64,000 bases of DNA from Malacoraja senta (Eukaryota), in assembly GCA_038087875.1 (NCBI GenBank), contig JAXLNO010003642.1:124001-188000 (forward strand). Direction: 5' to 3'. The stretch's first letter is position 1; each line of letters opens with the position of its first letter. Below the pieces are notes generated by a model. That model saw only the letters and a program-made list of their open reading frames with translations. It was not told where the DNA came from and made no database searches. Below, piece by piece: positions 50,524-61,390 of this stretch. The position numbers and the translations under genes were made by a program.

Positions 50524-52312
50524 ATGTCTTCCAAGACGCGCACGTATAGTGAAACATTTCTCAAGTTGGGCTTCACAAGCATTGTTCAAAATCCGTGGTC
50601 AAGCCGCGATGTGTTCTCTGTGCCAAGGTTTTGAGTCACGAGAGCATGAAGCCCAGCAAACTGAAGATCCATTTGGAGTCTTGTCACAGCAACCTGGCGG
50701 GGAAGAGCGGGGACTATTTCAAACGAAAAGAAGCCGTACTCAAGGGATCCCGCATCTATTCAATGGGTAACTGTGCTCATCAAAATGAAGCAGCGTTGGA
50801 GGCTTCATACCGGATTGCTTATCGAATCGCACAGACTAAGAAACCTCACAGCATCGGTGAAGAGCTCATCAAGCCACGCCTTCTCGAAACAGCGAAGTTG
50901 GTGCTGGGGGAAGAGCAGTCAAACAAGTTCAGGCAGATTTCCCTTTTGAATGACACAGTCAAAAGTTGAATCTCGGATATGAGTAATGATATTCTGCTGC
51001 AAGTAGTGAGGGCTGTGACGAGCAGTCCAGTGTATTCACTGCAACTGGACAAGTCAACAGATGTTGCCTCATGTTCCCAACTGCTAGTCTACGTTCATTA
51101 CCTCAATGGAGAAGCCATGCGGAGGAGGAGGAGTACCTGTTCTCGGACCCATTGGCTACTACCACTCGGGGAGAAGATGTGTTCAGAATGCTGGAAGCCG
51201 TCCTCATCAAACATGAGCTTGGCTGGGAACGCCTTGTCGGGATGTGTACAGATGGGGCACCTTCCATGGTCGGTTGCAGATCCGGTTTCCAAGCCTTCGT
51301 GAATGATGTCGCTCCACATGTCTCCTTCCCCCACTGCATGATACATCGCCATGCTTTAGCGATGAAGACTCTCCCTCTTGGTCTTCTAGAAGTGCTTTCA
51401 GATGTGGTGAAGATTGTGAACCACATCCGAGAGAGTGCAACAAACTCAAGAATCTTCAAAGTGATGTGTGAAGAAATGGGCGCCGATTTCACTATTCTGT
51501 TATTCCACACAGAGGTGCGCTGGCTATTGCGTGGTAAAGTTCTCAATCATGTGATTCAACGTTGAGAGGAAATTGCGTTGTTCTTGGAGAGAAGGTGTAC
51601 TGAGAAGGAGAATCAGCTTCATGAAAAGATGCAGGTTGAACTGTTCGTGATGAAGGTTGCTTACTTGGCTGACTTCTTCGCTGAGGTGAATTCTTTCAAC
51701 CTGTCACTTCAAGGAAACATCCCAATGCTACACACGGCTCGTGACAAAGTGGCAGCATTCAGGAGGAACCTTTACCAGAGAAGAGTCCAGGACGGTGACT
51801 CGACTATCTTCCCTGAGATGATGACTCTCCTGGATGCTACGCCTGATGCTGAATGCCACTTCCACGAGGAGATCTCAACCCACCTTCTGGCAATTAGTGA
51901 AGCCATCGAACGTTACTTCCCCAGACGGGACGACCGCTCTTGTGATCAGTGGATCATCCGACCCTTTTCTGTTGAAGACGGTGGCATCAGTGATACTGAC
52001 GTGACTGCGAAGGTTGAATTTTACCGAATTCGTGAAGATGCGCAACTCAAGAGTGACTTCATGGAACAAGAGCTCGCCACGTTTTGGCTGAAAGTGAAGG
52101 ACTGTCCTGCTCTTTCGAAGAGGGCCTTGACCCTATTGGTCCATTCCCCCTCAACCTCTCACTGTGAGGGTGGATTCGCAACTATGGTAACTCTGAAAAC
52201 GAAGGTACGCAATAGGCTTGTGATCGACACTGACATGAGATGCTGCCTGTCGAGCATTCGTGCTCGTTTTGATTGCCTGATGACTGCGAAGCAATTTCAG
52301 CCATCCCATTGA
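50524..52312 (+). pseudogene. Buster/Charlie-type hAT transposase, disrupted
   Basis: BED finger (PRCVLC...HLESCH); [31 protein letters not shown] motifs; C-terminal dimerization domain (CEGGF...RNRL). Stops at about 50967 and 51563, plus frameshifts. Confidence 0.92.
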
Positions 52313-53324
52313 CTGAGCATTGGCTGACATGTTTTAATAAATCGGGCTGTTTTTTTCCAAATTTCGTTTCAGAGGTCACGGTACTGATCAAGAATGCCTG
52401 ATGGGGTCGTGGGGCCAAAAAGATTAAGAACAACTGCTCTAAGGCTTAAACCTAAAGGGGCTAATAAAGGCCACAAAGTGGCTTTAGTGAGTCGGATTAC
52501 AGAAAATCCCACATCTTTTTCAAGGTTTCATGGTTAGTTTATTGTCACATGTACCAATTAAGGTACATTGAAATGCAGACTACCATACACCATACAAAAA
52601 AAAGCAACAAGACACACAATAACGTAAAAGTTAACATAAACATCCACAATGGAGGAGCCCGCACGTTCCTCACTGTGATAGAAGGCAATAAAGTCTAATC
52701 TCCTTCCTCTTTATCTCCCGCGGTCGGGGCAGTCAAACAATCTGCAGTCGGCGGTCGAAACCCCCATTGGGGAATCGAAACTCCCACATCGGAGCGGTCG
52801 AAACTCCTGCAGCTTGGAGGTCCCGGATGTTGGTCTCGACCGGGGACCGCAGGCTCCGCGATGTTAAAGTCTTGCAGGCTCTCACAGTTGGAGCCCTAAA
52901 GTCGATCGCCGACAGGGATCGCGAGCTCCATGATGGTAAGTCCACAGGTTCCTGCAATGGATCTCCTGGTTGATCTCTAGCAAAGGCCGCCATTCCTCAA
53001 TGTTAGGCCGCATTGTGGACGGAGATACGATACAGAAAATATCGCATCAACATCGAGGTAAGAGATTAGGAAAAGTTTCCCACAACTCCCCCACCCCACC
53101 CCCAAAACAAGCTAAAGAACACTAAAGAATATACATTTAGCACGTACAAAATGGACACAAAGAAGGAAGGGACAGACATACTGTTGGCGAGGCAACCATT
53201 GCAGCAAAAGGTGGATTGCTTAAGGATATAGAAGGGAATATGTGCCTGGAGTTTGTGGATATAGGCGTGGTTTGGTTTCACCAAGGAAGACATGTAGAAT
53301 AGTAAGGACCATTAATAGTAAGTA

Positions 53325-54128
53325 CATCATAAAATCCTCCAACATTTTTGCCACCTCCAACGGGATCCCACTACTGGTCACATCTTCCCATCTCCACCCC
53401 TTTCTGCTTTCCGCAGAGACCGTTCCCTCCGAAACTCCCTGGTCAACTCGTCCCTTCACACCCAAACCACCCGCTCCCCGGATACTTTCCCCTGCAACCG
53501 CAGGAGATGCAACACCTGTCCCTTTACGTTCCCCCTCGACTCCGTCCAAGGACCTAAAGTCATTCCAGGTGAGGCAGAAGTTCACTTGCACCTCTTCCAA
53601 CCTCATCTACTGTATCCGCTGTTCAAGTTGTCAACTTCTCTACATCAGTGAGACCAAGCGCAGGCTCGGCGATCGTTTTGCTGAACACTTCCCCTCAGTC
53701 CGTCTTACCCTACCCAATCTCCCGGTGGCTCAGCACTTCAACTCCCCCTCCCATTCCCAATCTGACCTTTTTGTCCTGGGTCTCCTCCATTGTCAGAGTG
53801 AGGCCCAGCCCAAATTGGAGGAACAGCACCTCATATTTCGCTTGGGAAGTCTATACTCCAGCGGTGTGAACATTGACTTCTATTACTTTCGATAGCCCTT
53901 GATTTCTCTCTCCATCCCCTCCCCCTTCCCAATTCTGCCACCAGTCTTACTGTCTCTGCCGACATTCTATCTTTGTCCCTCCCCTGACATCAGTCTGAAG
54001 AAGGGTCTCGACCCAAAACAATGCCCATTCCATCTCTCCAGGGAAGCTGCCTGACCCGATAAGTTACGCCAGCATTTTGTGTCTCTCTTCGATTTTAACA
54101 TCTGCAGCATCTGCAGTTCTTTCTTACA
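53325..54128 (+). mobile_element. PLE 3' fragment with terminal repeat
   Basis: SFQVRQKFTCTSSNLIYCIRCSSCQLLYISETKRRLGDRFAEH...VNIDFYYFR plus tail. Confidence 0.9.
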
Positions 54129-54284
54129 CATGGAGAATCAATGTGGAGAATGCTAACATGCAGGGACACTTTGAAGTTAAGCAAGAAGGAGATGTTGGAT
54201 CACTTGAAGAGAAATGTGGATAAATCCCCAGGACAGAGGGGTGTAGTGGATGATAATAATAATCGTTGAAAACATTAGTGCCGT

Positions 54285-56622
54285 TGTAGCGGCACCGGAC
54301 GTGGTGAATAAAGGTGAGACGTCAGGTCAGTTCAAATAGTCGTTTATTCAGTGCTGACACGTTAGGTTGGTGCCGACTATCATAACAGTGTTGCTGTAGC
54401 TGAGCGAGGTTGTTCCCTCGGGCTCAGCTACCGGTTGAACACCTGGTGGTCTCGAGGTGAGATGACCTTAAGTACCAGGACACTCCCTCTAGCCCATGAC
54501 GTCACGTGCCCGCCCTCGTACTTCCTGACGAGTGTTCGAGCATAAGTGGCCCGTGTATAGGCTTCCGCCACAGGACCCCCCCCCAGAACCGGAGGAAGGA
54601 ATAGCATGGTCGAGGGCGGCTACTGCATGTGGGTCTGGGACACCCCGGGTGTGGGTCGGGACGGAGGGCCCACGGGCGCAGTAACGCTCTGCGTGGGCGA
54701 TCCCGAGGTACCGAGGGGTGCGAGGGGACCGATGCAGAAACCGCCGGACGGAAGGAATAGCATGGTCGAGGGCAGCTACTGCATCTGGGTCTGGGACAAC
54801 CCGGGCGTGGGTCGGGACGGAGGGCCCACGGGCGCAGTAACGCTCTGCGTGGGCGATCCCGAGGTACCGAGGGGTGCGAGGGGACCGATGCAGAAACCGC
54901 CGGACGGAAGGAATAGCATGGTCGAGGGCAGCTACTGCATCTGGGTCTGGGACAACCCGGGCGTGGGTCGGGACGGAGGGACCACGGGCGCAGTAACGCT
55001 CTGCGTGGGCGATCCCGAGGTACCGAGGGGTGTGAGGGGACCGATGCAGAAACCGCCGGACAGAAGAGACACTGCCGCATCTCCTCGACCAGCTAAGGGA
55101 GAGCGTCCTGTGAAATACGGTCCCCAGCCGTGGCTGGGAGATGTCGGCATCAATGAGGGGAAAAATAAAAATAAAATAAACAAACCAATTTCTGAACCGG
55201 GCGTGGAGATGCAGTGGACACAAAAGGAACAGTAACAACACAAATTACAGTGCAATCAGTGTCCAAAGTTCAAATTGTCCAGTGTTCATAGTGCAGGATA
55301 GGAAAGCTGTGCAGAGTTGCAGTGACAGCCTCCGACCTGACAGTGGCGCTGTTGCCGGCAGTCAGGCTGCAGGGACGACATCCAGTTGGATGGTGGCGCT
55401 GTGGACGGCGGTGAGGCTGCAGTGACGGCATCCGGCCGGAGGGTGGCGCTGTGGATGGTGGTCAGGTGAGTTCGATTTTCTCAGCGGCCATTTTTGTAGT
55501 CGGGGTGGCCGCTTGTTCAGGAGGCCGCGGCGGCCATTTTGCCGGCCGGCTGAGGCGGCCTTCACCAACAATTGAATCCCTGGGCCGGACAGGCAGACAG
55601 CCAGCGCCCAGGGATCTTCGGAGTCCACGCCGGCGAGGAGGAGAAGGGCGTCTTCCGCAGGCGCCCCAGGTAAGCCCGCCCTATCGGGTGGCCAGCACCT
55701 CGGCGGCGGCCGGCGGGGCCAGGTGCGGTGCAGGGCGTGGAGCCGTGGCTGCGGTGAGGCCAGGTGCGGTGCTGGGCGTGTAGCCGCGGCGAGCCTGTTG
55801 CAGTGCCGTGTCCGCGGTGAGGTGAGGCCGGGGCAGGGCCTGGAGCGGGAGGCCCGGTGCAGTGCAGGGCATGGAGCCGTGTTCACGGTGCGAGGCCGGG
55901 GCCAGATCCGTTGTCGGGAGCGGGAGAGCAGCAGGTACTCTCTCTCTGCTCCCGGGGCCGTTGGGCATGTGTAGGCGTTGCTGTGGGCAGGAGGGTGCTA
56001 CGCGCGCAGCTCCTGCAGCAGCTGATGGGGCAGCGGCGGCTGGTAAAACCTCTCCGCTCCGGTAGTCGGCTCCGGGCAGGTCATGCGGGTGAGCTCGGCG
56101 GCCGTCACACAAGGCGGCCTGCCCCGTTGCCGGGAGCGGGAGAGCGGCGGCAGCAGCAGCTGGTGGGGAAGAGGCGGCATCCCAGATGTAGCGGCATACC
56201 TCACTGCGGGGCTGGGTTGGCGGCAGCGTAGTTCTGCAGGGCTGGGCAGCCGGCTGTAGGCATCAGGTCTCCCTCCCTCCCGAGGCTGCGTGCGTAACAT
56301 CCAAATTTCAATTTGGACTGTCGGGGGTCAGTAGTGTAGCGGCACCGGACGTGGTGAATAAAGGTGAGACGTCAGGTCAGTTCAAATAGTCGTTTATTCA
56401 GTGCTGACACGTTAGGTTGGTGCCCACTATCATAACAGTGTTGCTGTAGCTGAGCGGGGTTGTTCCCTCGGGCTCAGCTACCGGTTGAACACCTGGTGGT
56501 CTCGAGGTGAGATGACCTTAAGTACCAGGACACTCCCTCTAGCCCATGACGTCACGTGCCCGCCCTCGTACTTCCTGACGAGTGTTCGAGCACAAGTGGC
56601 CCGTGTATAGGCTTCCGCCACA
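54285..56622 (-). mobile_element. Non-autonomous, non-coding LTR element (TRIM/LARD-like)
   Basis: 288-bp LTRs (54285-54572 and 56335-56622) differing at 3 positions; TG..CA ends; 4-bp TSD CCGT. G-rich PPT and a degenerate PBS (TGACCCCCGAC) place it on the - strand. No gag or pol motifs. Confidence 0.9.
54594..55061. repeat. Three tandem copies of a 156-bp GC-rich unit
   Basis: Units start at 54594, 54750 and 54906; 2-4 substitutions between neighbouring units. Confidence 0.95.
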
Positions 56623-57204
56623 CCGTGCTGGTTTCCGACGGGCATGGTGACGGACGCACCACACATCTCTCCTCCATGCAACTGGCAGGCGCCTCTTTTG
56701 TCTCTACACCTGCGTCTACCATCAACGTCTTCAGCATCATCTTGATTGGCCATCCTGGGTCAAGTCTTCCATGGGTGGGTTCCCACAGCACAACCTTGTT
56801 TGCTGGCATTTCTGGGTGGCAGAGCCAGTGACCTGCGAGCCTCATCCTTCTCAACGTGATCTTCTCGGTCAGAGGTGGATTCTCCCCATAGAGCTGGGCG
56901 TTGGTGATGTGGTCCCTCCATCTGACATTTTGAACTTTTCCGAGCATTCGGGTGTAGGTACCATCGAGAGTCTAGGACAGTGCTGGAGTGAGAGTCCATG
57001 CCTCACACCCGTACAATAATATGGTCTCTACAGTTGTACGGAAGGCCAAATATTCAGGCTGTAGTTCAGTGACAAGTAGTGTTCTGCAGGGATCTGTGCT
57101 GTGACCCTTGCTACTTGTGACATATATAAATGACTTGGACCCTGGTGTTCAGAAATTACCCAGTCATAACAATTAATCAAATAATGATTTTTATTTTATT
57201 TCAG

Positions 57205-57480
57205 ATTATCACTACGTTCAAGGACAGTTTGGTTGTGAGGTGGACGATCACAGTCCCACTGTAGGGATATTGAAGTTGGCCTTTGATGGAAGATATGCAT
57301 TTAGTTTTGATAAGGACAAACTAAAGTGGACGGTGCATGGTACAATAGCTGAGCCCTTCAAAGAGAAATGGGACAAGAATGAAAAAATGAACCGTTATTT
57401 CAAGAGCTTGTTAGAACATGACTGTGTGGATCTATGGCTTACATACTATGCAATTGGAAAGACATACCTGACCAGAAAAG
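57205..57480 (+). CDS. MHC class I-like gene, exon 3 (alpha2 domain)
   Basis: Acceptor tttattttatttcag| and donor G|GTGAGT; 276 nt, phase 1-1. Encodes (N)YHYVQGQFGCEV...AFDG...KWT...KEKWD...DCVDLWLTYYAIGKTYLTRK, with H93, Q96, the C101-C164 pair, D119-G120, W133, K146-W147 and Y171. Confidence 0.95.
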
Positions 57481-58149
57481 GTGAGTTCAGAACAAAGGAT
57501 GTTGTTTTGTGATGATAGGCAATGAGTAATATTTCACTCTGAGGCAATGAGTAATATTATCTCTGACCCAATCATGACAGAGGGAAAGGTCATTCGGCCC
57601 ATTGCTTCTATGCTAGTTTTCTATGCAATGTCGACAAACTGTTCCACAGCTCTCTCTCACAACTTGCACTCAGCTCCCTCGGATTCTCCTTGCATTCAGC
57701 TCCACGATGGATAATTTGCAATGTCCAACTAACTCACCGGCACGTCTTTGGTATATGGGACAAAACTGGAGCACATGGAGGAAGCCAACTGAGTCATAAG
57801 GTCATAAGTAATGGCTGCAGCATTAGAACATTCGGCCCATCAACTCGACTTCGCCCGTCAATCATGGCTGATCTAATCTCTCCCTCCTAACCCCATTCTC
57901 CTGCCTTCTCCCCATAACCCCTGACCTGCATACTAATCAAGAATTAAAAATATCCATTGACGGACTCCACAGCCTTCTGTGGCAAATAATTCCACAGAAT
58001 CACCACCCTCTGACAAAATAAATTCCTCCTCATCTCTTTCCTAAAGGAATGTCCTTTAATATTGAGACTATGACCTTTCGTCGTAGACTCTCCCACCATT
58101 GGAGACATCCTCTCCACATCCACATCTATCCAAGCCTTTCACTATTTGT

Positions 58150-59684
58150 TTGTTTAAAAAAATATATTGTTATTAGAAGCATGTGCATATCATAATACAA
58201 ACATTTCTTATATATCAATCCTACTTTGCTAATAGGTGGGAGTCCAGGTATCAAAATAATAGTGGTCCTCATTTATCAATTGTATATTAAATCTGCTTCT
58301 ATTTTTTTTAATTTTTTTTTATAGATAGAAAGTGAGAAATTTAAAAAAAAGGCATGATAAAAAAGAATGGAATAATTTACCAATAATACAACTTTGGAGA
58401 TAGGTCCGTAGGTTATAAAGCATAACTATTCATCTAATTCTGAGCTTGGATTTCAGTCAGATTCCCATGCTGAACCAATTTACCCTTTCAAAAAATCAAT
58501 AAATGGAGACCATATTCTATTAAATAATTCATGTTTGTCAATTAAGACAAGTCTAGTTCTTTCCAAATGTAAGGTCTCTGATATTTCCATAATCCACATT
58601 TTAATTGTGGGGGTTATAGGACCTTTCCAAAATGTTAATATTAATTTTTTCCCAATTATACTATAATCAAGAAAGTTTCTTTGGTTTATTGTAAGTCTTA
58701 GGCTTTGTTCTGATATTCCTAATATTATTAGTTTTGAGTCGGGATCCAGAAGGGGAGGGGCCATCTTGGGGAACGGCTGCTAGGTCAGCAGCTGTCCGTT
58801 TAATTCACTTTTTTTTGTAGTTCTAGTGAGTCCTGTGTTCTGTTTGTGGGAGAAATAGACTTTTTAATGTAGGGGGAAGGGGGTAACTATATTTCTAGGT
58901 CCCTACCTGGTCGGTGAGGCAGCTTTTTCTCCGGGCTGCCCCGTCGACCCGTCCTCGTGGCCTACCAGCGGGCGTGGAGCGCCGTTTTCCTGGAGGGGAC
59001 CGCCCAGCACCTCGGCTTCGGTGGCGGCGTAGCGCTGGAGCGGGCGATGCCTTGCCTGGGTCGCCGCGCTGGATCGACGCGCTGGAGCTCCAGTGAGCTG
59101 TGACTGCCGAGGTCAACACCTCCGGGCTGCGGGTCTGCGGAGCGGAGCGGGCAGTGCCGACTTCAACATCGGGAGTCTAGGAGCTCCAAACCGGCGCGGC
59201 CTTGTCGGCTTCGGAAGCTGCGGACTTCGGTAGGGAAGCGGCAGTTCCAGGTGGCCCAGCCGCTGAGAGGACTCTCCCGACAGCACCCGGCGAGAACGGA
59301 CAGGAACATCGGGCCTCCGTAGAGGCAATAGCTGAGGCCTCAATAGGCCTGACTTTTGGGAGAACTGGGGATGGGGACTGGACATTGTGCCTTCCCCCAC
59401 AGTGGTAACCATCCAGTGGGGGGATGATTTCTGTGTGTTAGTGATTATTTTAGTGTGTGTCCAAGATGGCTGCTGGAAGGGAGAGTGTACGCTGGCGCGG
59501 TTTAGCTGCCGCTGCTCTCTCGTCACATTGTGTTTCTGATTTTTTTTGTTTTTGGATCGAATTCTGTCTTTAATTTGTCTATTGGTGATGTCTTTACTAT
59601 TTATTTTACTCCGATTATATGTTTTTTTACTTGTTAAATACTGTAAGGTGTCCTTGAGACTCTTGAAAGGCGCCCATAAATAAA

Positions 59685-59763
<79 letters not shown>

Positions 59764-60480
59764 GACTACTTCATAAATTATTCTGAAAATGTCCTTCCAG
59801 AAATTTTTGATTTTTATACAATTTACAAAGGTATGAGAAGTTAGCCTCTAAATGCTGGCATTTATCACAAATAGGAGAGATATGTGGGAAGATTCTATTT
59901 AATTTTGTTTAAGAATAATGTAATGCATGTAATACTTTAAATTGTATTAAGGCATGTCTGGCATTTAACGAGCATTGATGTATATATTGTAGACTTTCGT
60001 CCCAAATATCTTTCGTTATGGGTTGGCCTAATTCATTTTCCCATGTGTGTCTATATAAATCCATCGGCGGGACCTCGCTATCTAAGAGGGTATTATAAAT
60101 ATGAGATATTAATTTTTCTGTATTAGGATGTTTATTCAAACATTCATCAAGGATTTCTGGTTCCCTAGTTCTGTAATCTTGTGTATTTGATTTAATGTAA
60201 TCTTTAAGTTGTAAATATCTGAAAAAGATATTTGAGTGTGGTCCGTAAATCTGTTGTAACTCCTGAAATGAAAGAAAAGTGCATTTCCTAGAAAGATGTC
60301 CCATCTTCTTAATTCCATAATTTTTCCATTGTGTAAAGCCTTTATCCAACATGGAAGGTTTGAATAAAGGGTTGTTTATAATGGGGAGACAGAGTGATAA
60401 ATTATCCAATTTTAAAGTCTTTTTTAATTGTTTCCAAATTCCTATACCACTATATATTATAGAATTTTCACTATAGGTTT
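58150..60480 (-). mobile_element. L1-clade LINE ORF2 C-terminal fragment, split by a 1-kb insertion
   Basis: IINNPLF...FFRYLQL...IQFKVLH...FWKDIFRIIYEVVN|KMAPP...KKLILTFWK...FNRIWSPFIDFL; the frame continues across 58768-59760. Confidence 0.85.
58768..59763 (+). mobile_element. GC-rich non-autonomous retroelement with an L2/Rex-type 3' end and (ATT)25 tail
   Basis: Ends tgtaaggtgtccttgag...gaaaggcgcccataaataaaattt(att)n (59689-59763); interrupts the L1 precisely. Confidence 0.8.
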
Positions 60481-61103
60481 TTTAATGCAATTTTGTGTGA
60501 GCAAATATAATTGAACCAATATCAAAAGGCAAACAGTCTTTCACTATTTTGTATGATTCAATGAGGTCCCCCCTTATTCTTCTAAACTCCAGCGAATACA
60601 GGCCCACTGCCATCAAATGGTCATCATATGTTAACCCATTCATTCCTGGGATCATTCTTGTACACCTCCTCTGGACCCTCTCCAGAGCCAGCACATCCTT
60701 CCTCGGATATGGTGCCCAAAATTGCTCACAATGCTCCAAATGTGGCTTGACTGGTGCCTTATAGAACCTCAGCATTACATCCCTGTTTGACAGGGAGAAA
60801 GTGTAATTGATGTATTTCATATTAGTTAACCATGGATTTTCTTGACCACAGTTGATAGCCCCTAATGGGATTGCATGTCTATCACACATCTCAAAAGAGC
60901 ACAGCGTTAAGCTTCGAAGGGCAAAATTTACACGAGATGTGCAGGTCAAGTGTTTTTTTGCACAGAGAGAGCTTGATACCTAGAATGCGCTACCAGGAGT
61001 GGTGGTAGAGGATGACATGATAATGGTGCTTAAGAAAGTTTTGGACAGGCTCGTGGGTATGCAGGGAATACAAGGATATGGATCACATGCAGGCAGTGGA
61101 GAT

Positions 61104-61390
61104 TAGTTTTGGTTTAGTTTAGAGATAGAGTATGGAAACAGCACCTTTGGGCCACTGAGTCTGCACTGACCAGCAATTGCCCATTCACTATTTCTGTCCT
61201 ACAAGCTAGGGACAATTTTCAGAAGCCAATTAACCTGCATGTCTTTTGTATTTGGGAGGAAACCGGAGCCCCCAGAGAAAACCCACAGGGTGACAGAGAG
61301 AACGTACAAACTCCGTCCAGACAGCACTCTAGTCAGGATCGAACCCGGGTCTCTAATGCTGTAAGACAGCCACTCTATCACTGTGCCTCT
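61104..61390 (-). mobile_element. HE1-like SINE
   Basis: Family sequence on the - strand. Confidence 0.8.

Larger units (their letters stand above)
48098..52436 (+). mobile_element. hAT (Charlie/Buster-type) DNA transposon
   Basis: TIRs CAGTGGTTCTTAACC and the reverse complement of GATTAAGAACAACTG (13/15 match); degenerate 8-bp TSD CTCCAAAG/CTCTAAGG; transposase remnant inside. Confidence 0.88.
54250..57045 (-). mobile_element. RTE-clade LINE 3' fragment, interrupted by the LTR element
   Basis: LLYGCEAWTLT...YTRML...RWRDHITN...RRMRLAGH...VLWEPTHG; short (ATT/ATC)n tail left of the LTR element. Confidence 0.8.

Noticed and set aside
50524-52312. Domesticated ZBED5/SCAND3/FAM200-like gene
   Set aside because: Several stops and frameshifts, and still flanked by TIRs and a TSD: a transposon fossil.
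54594-55061. CRISPR-like array (also 48539-48785)
   Set aside because: Contiguous tandem repeats with no unique spacers, in a vertebrate genome, with no cas genes.
54489-55241. 209-250 aa ORFs on both strands over the 156-bp array as real genes
   Set aside because: Length is explained by a GC-rich unit whose size is a multiple of 3; no domain motif. Kept only as a feature of the LTR element.
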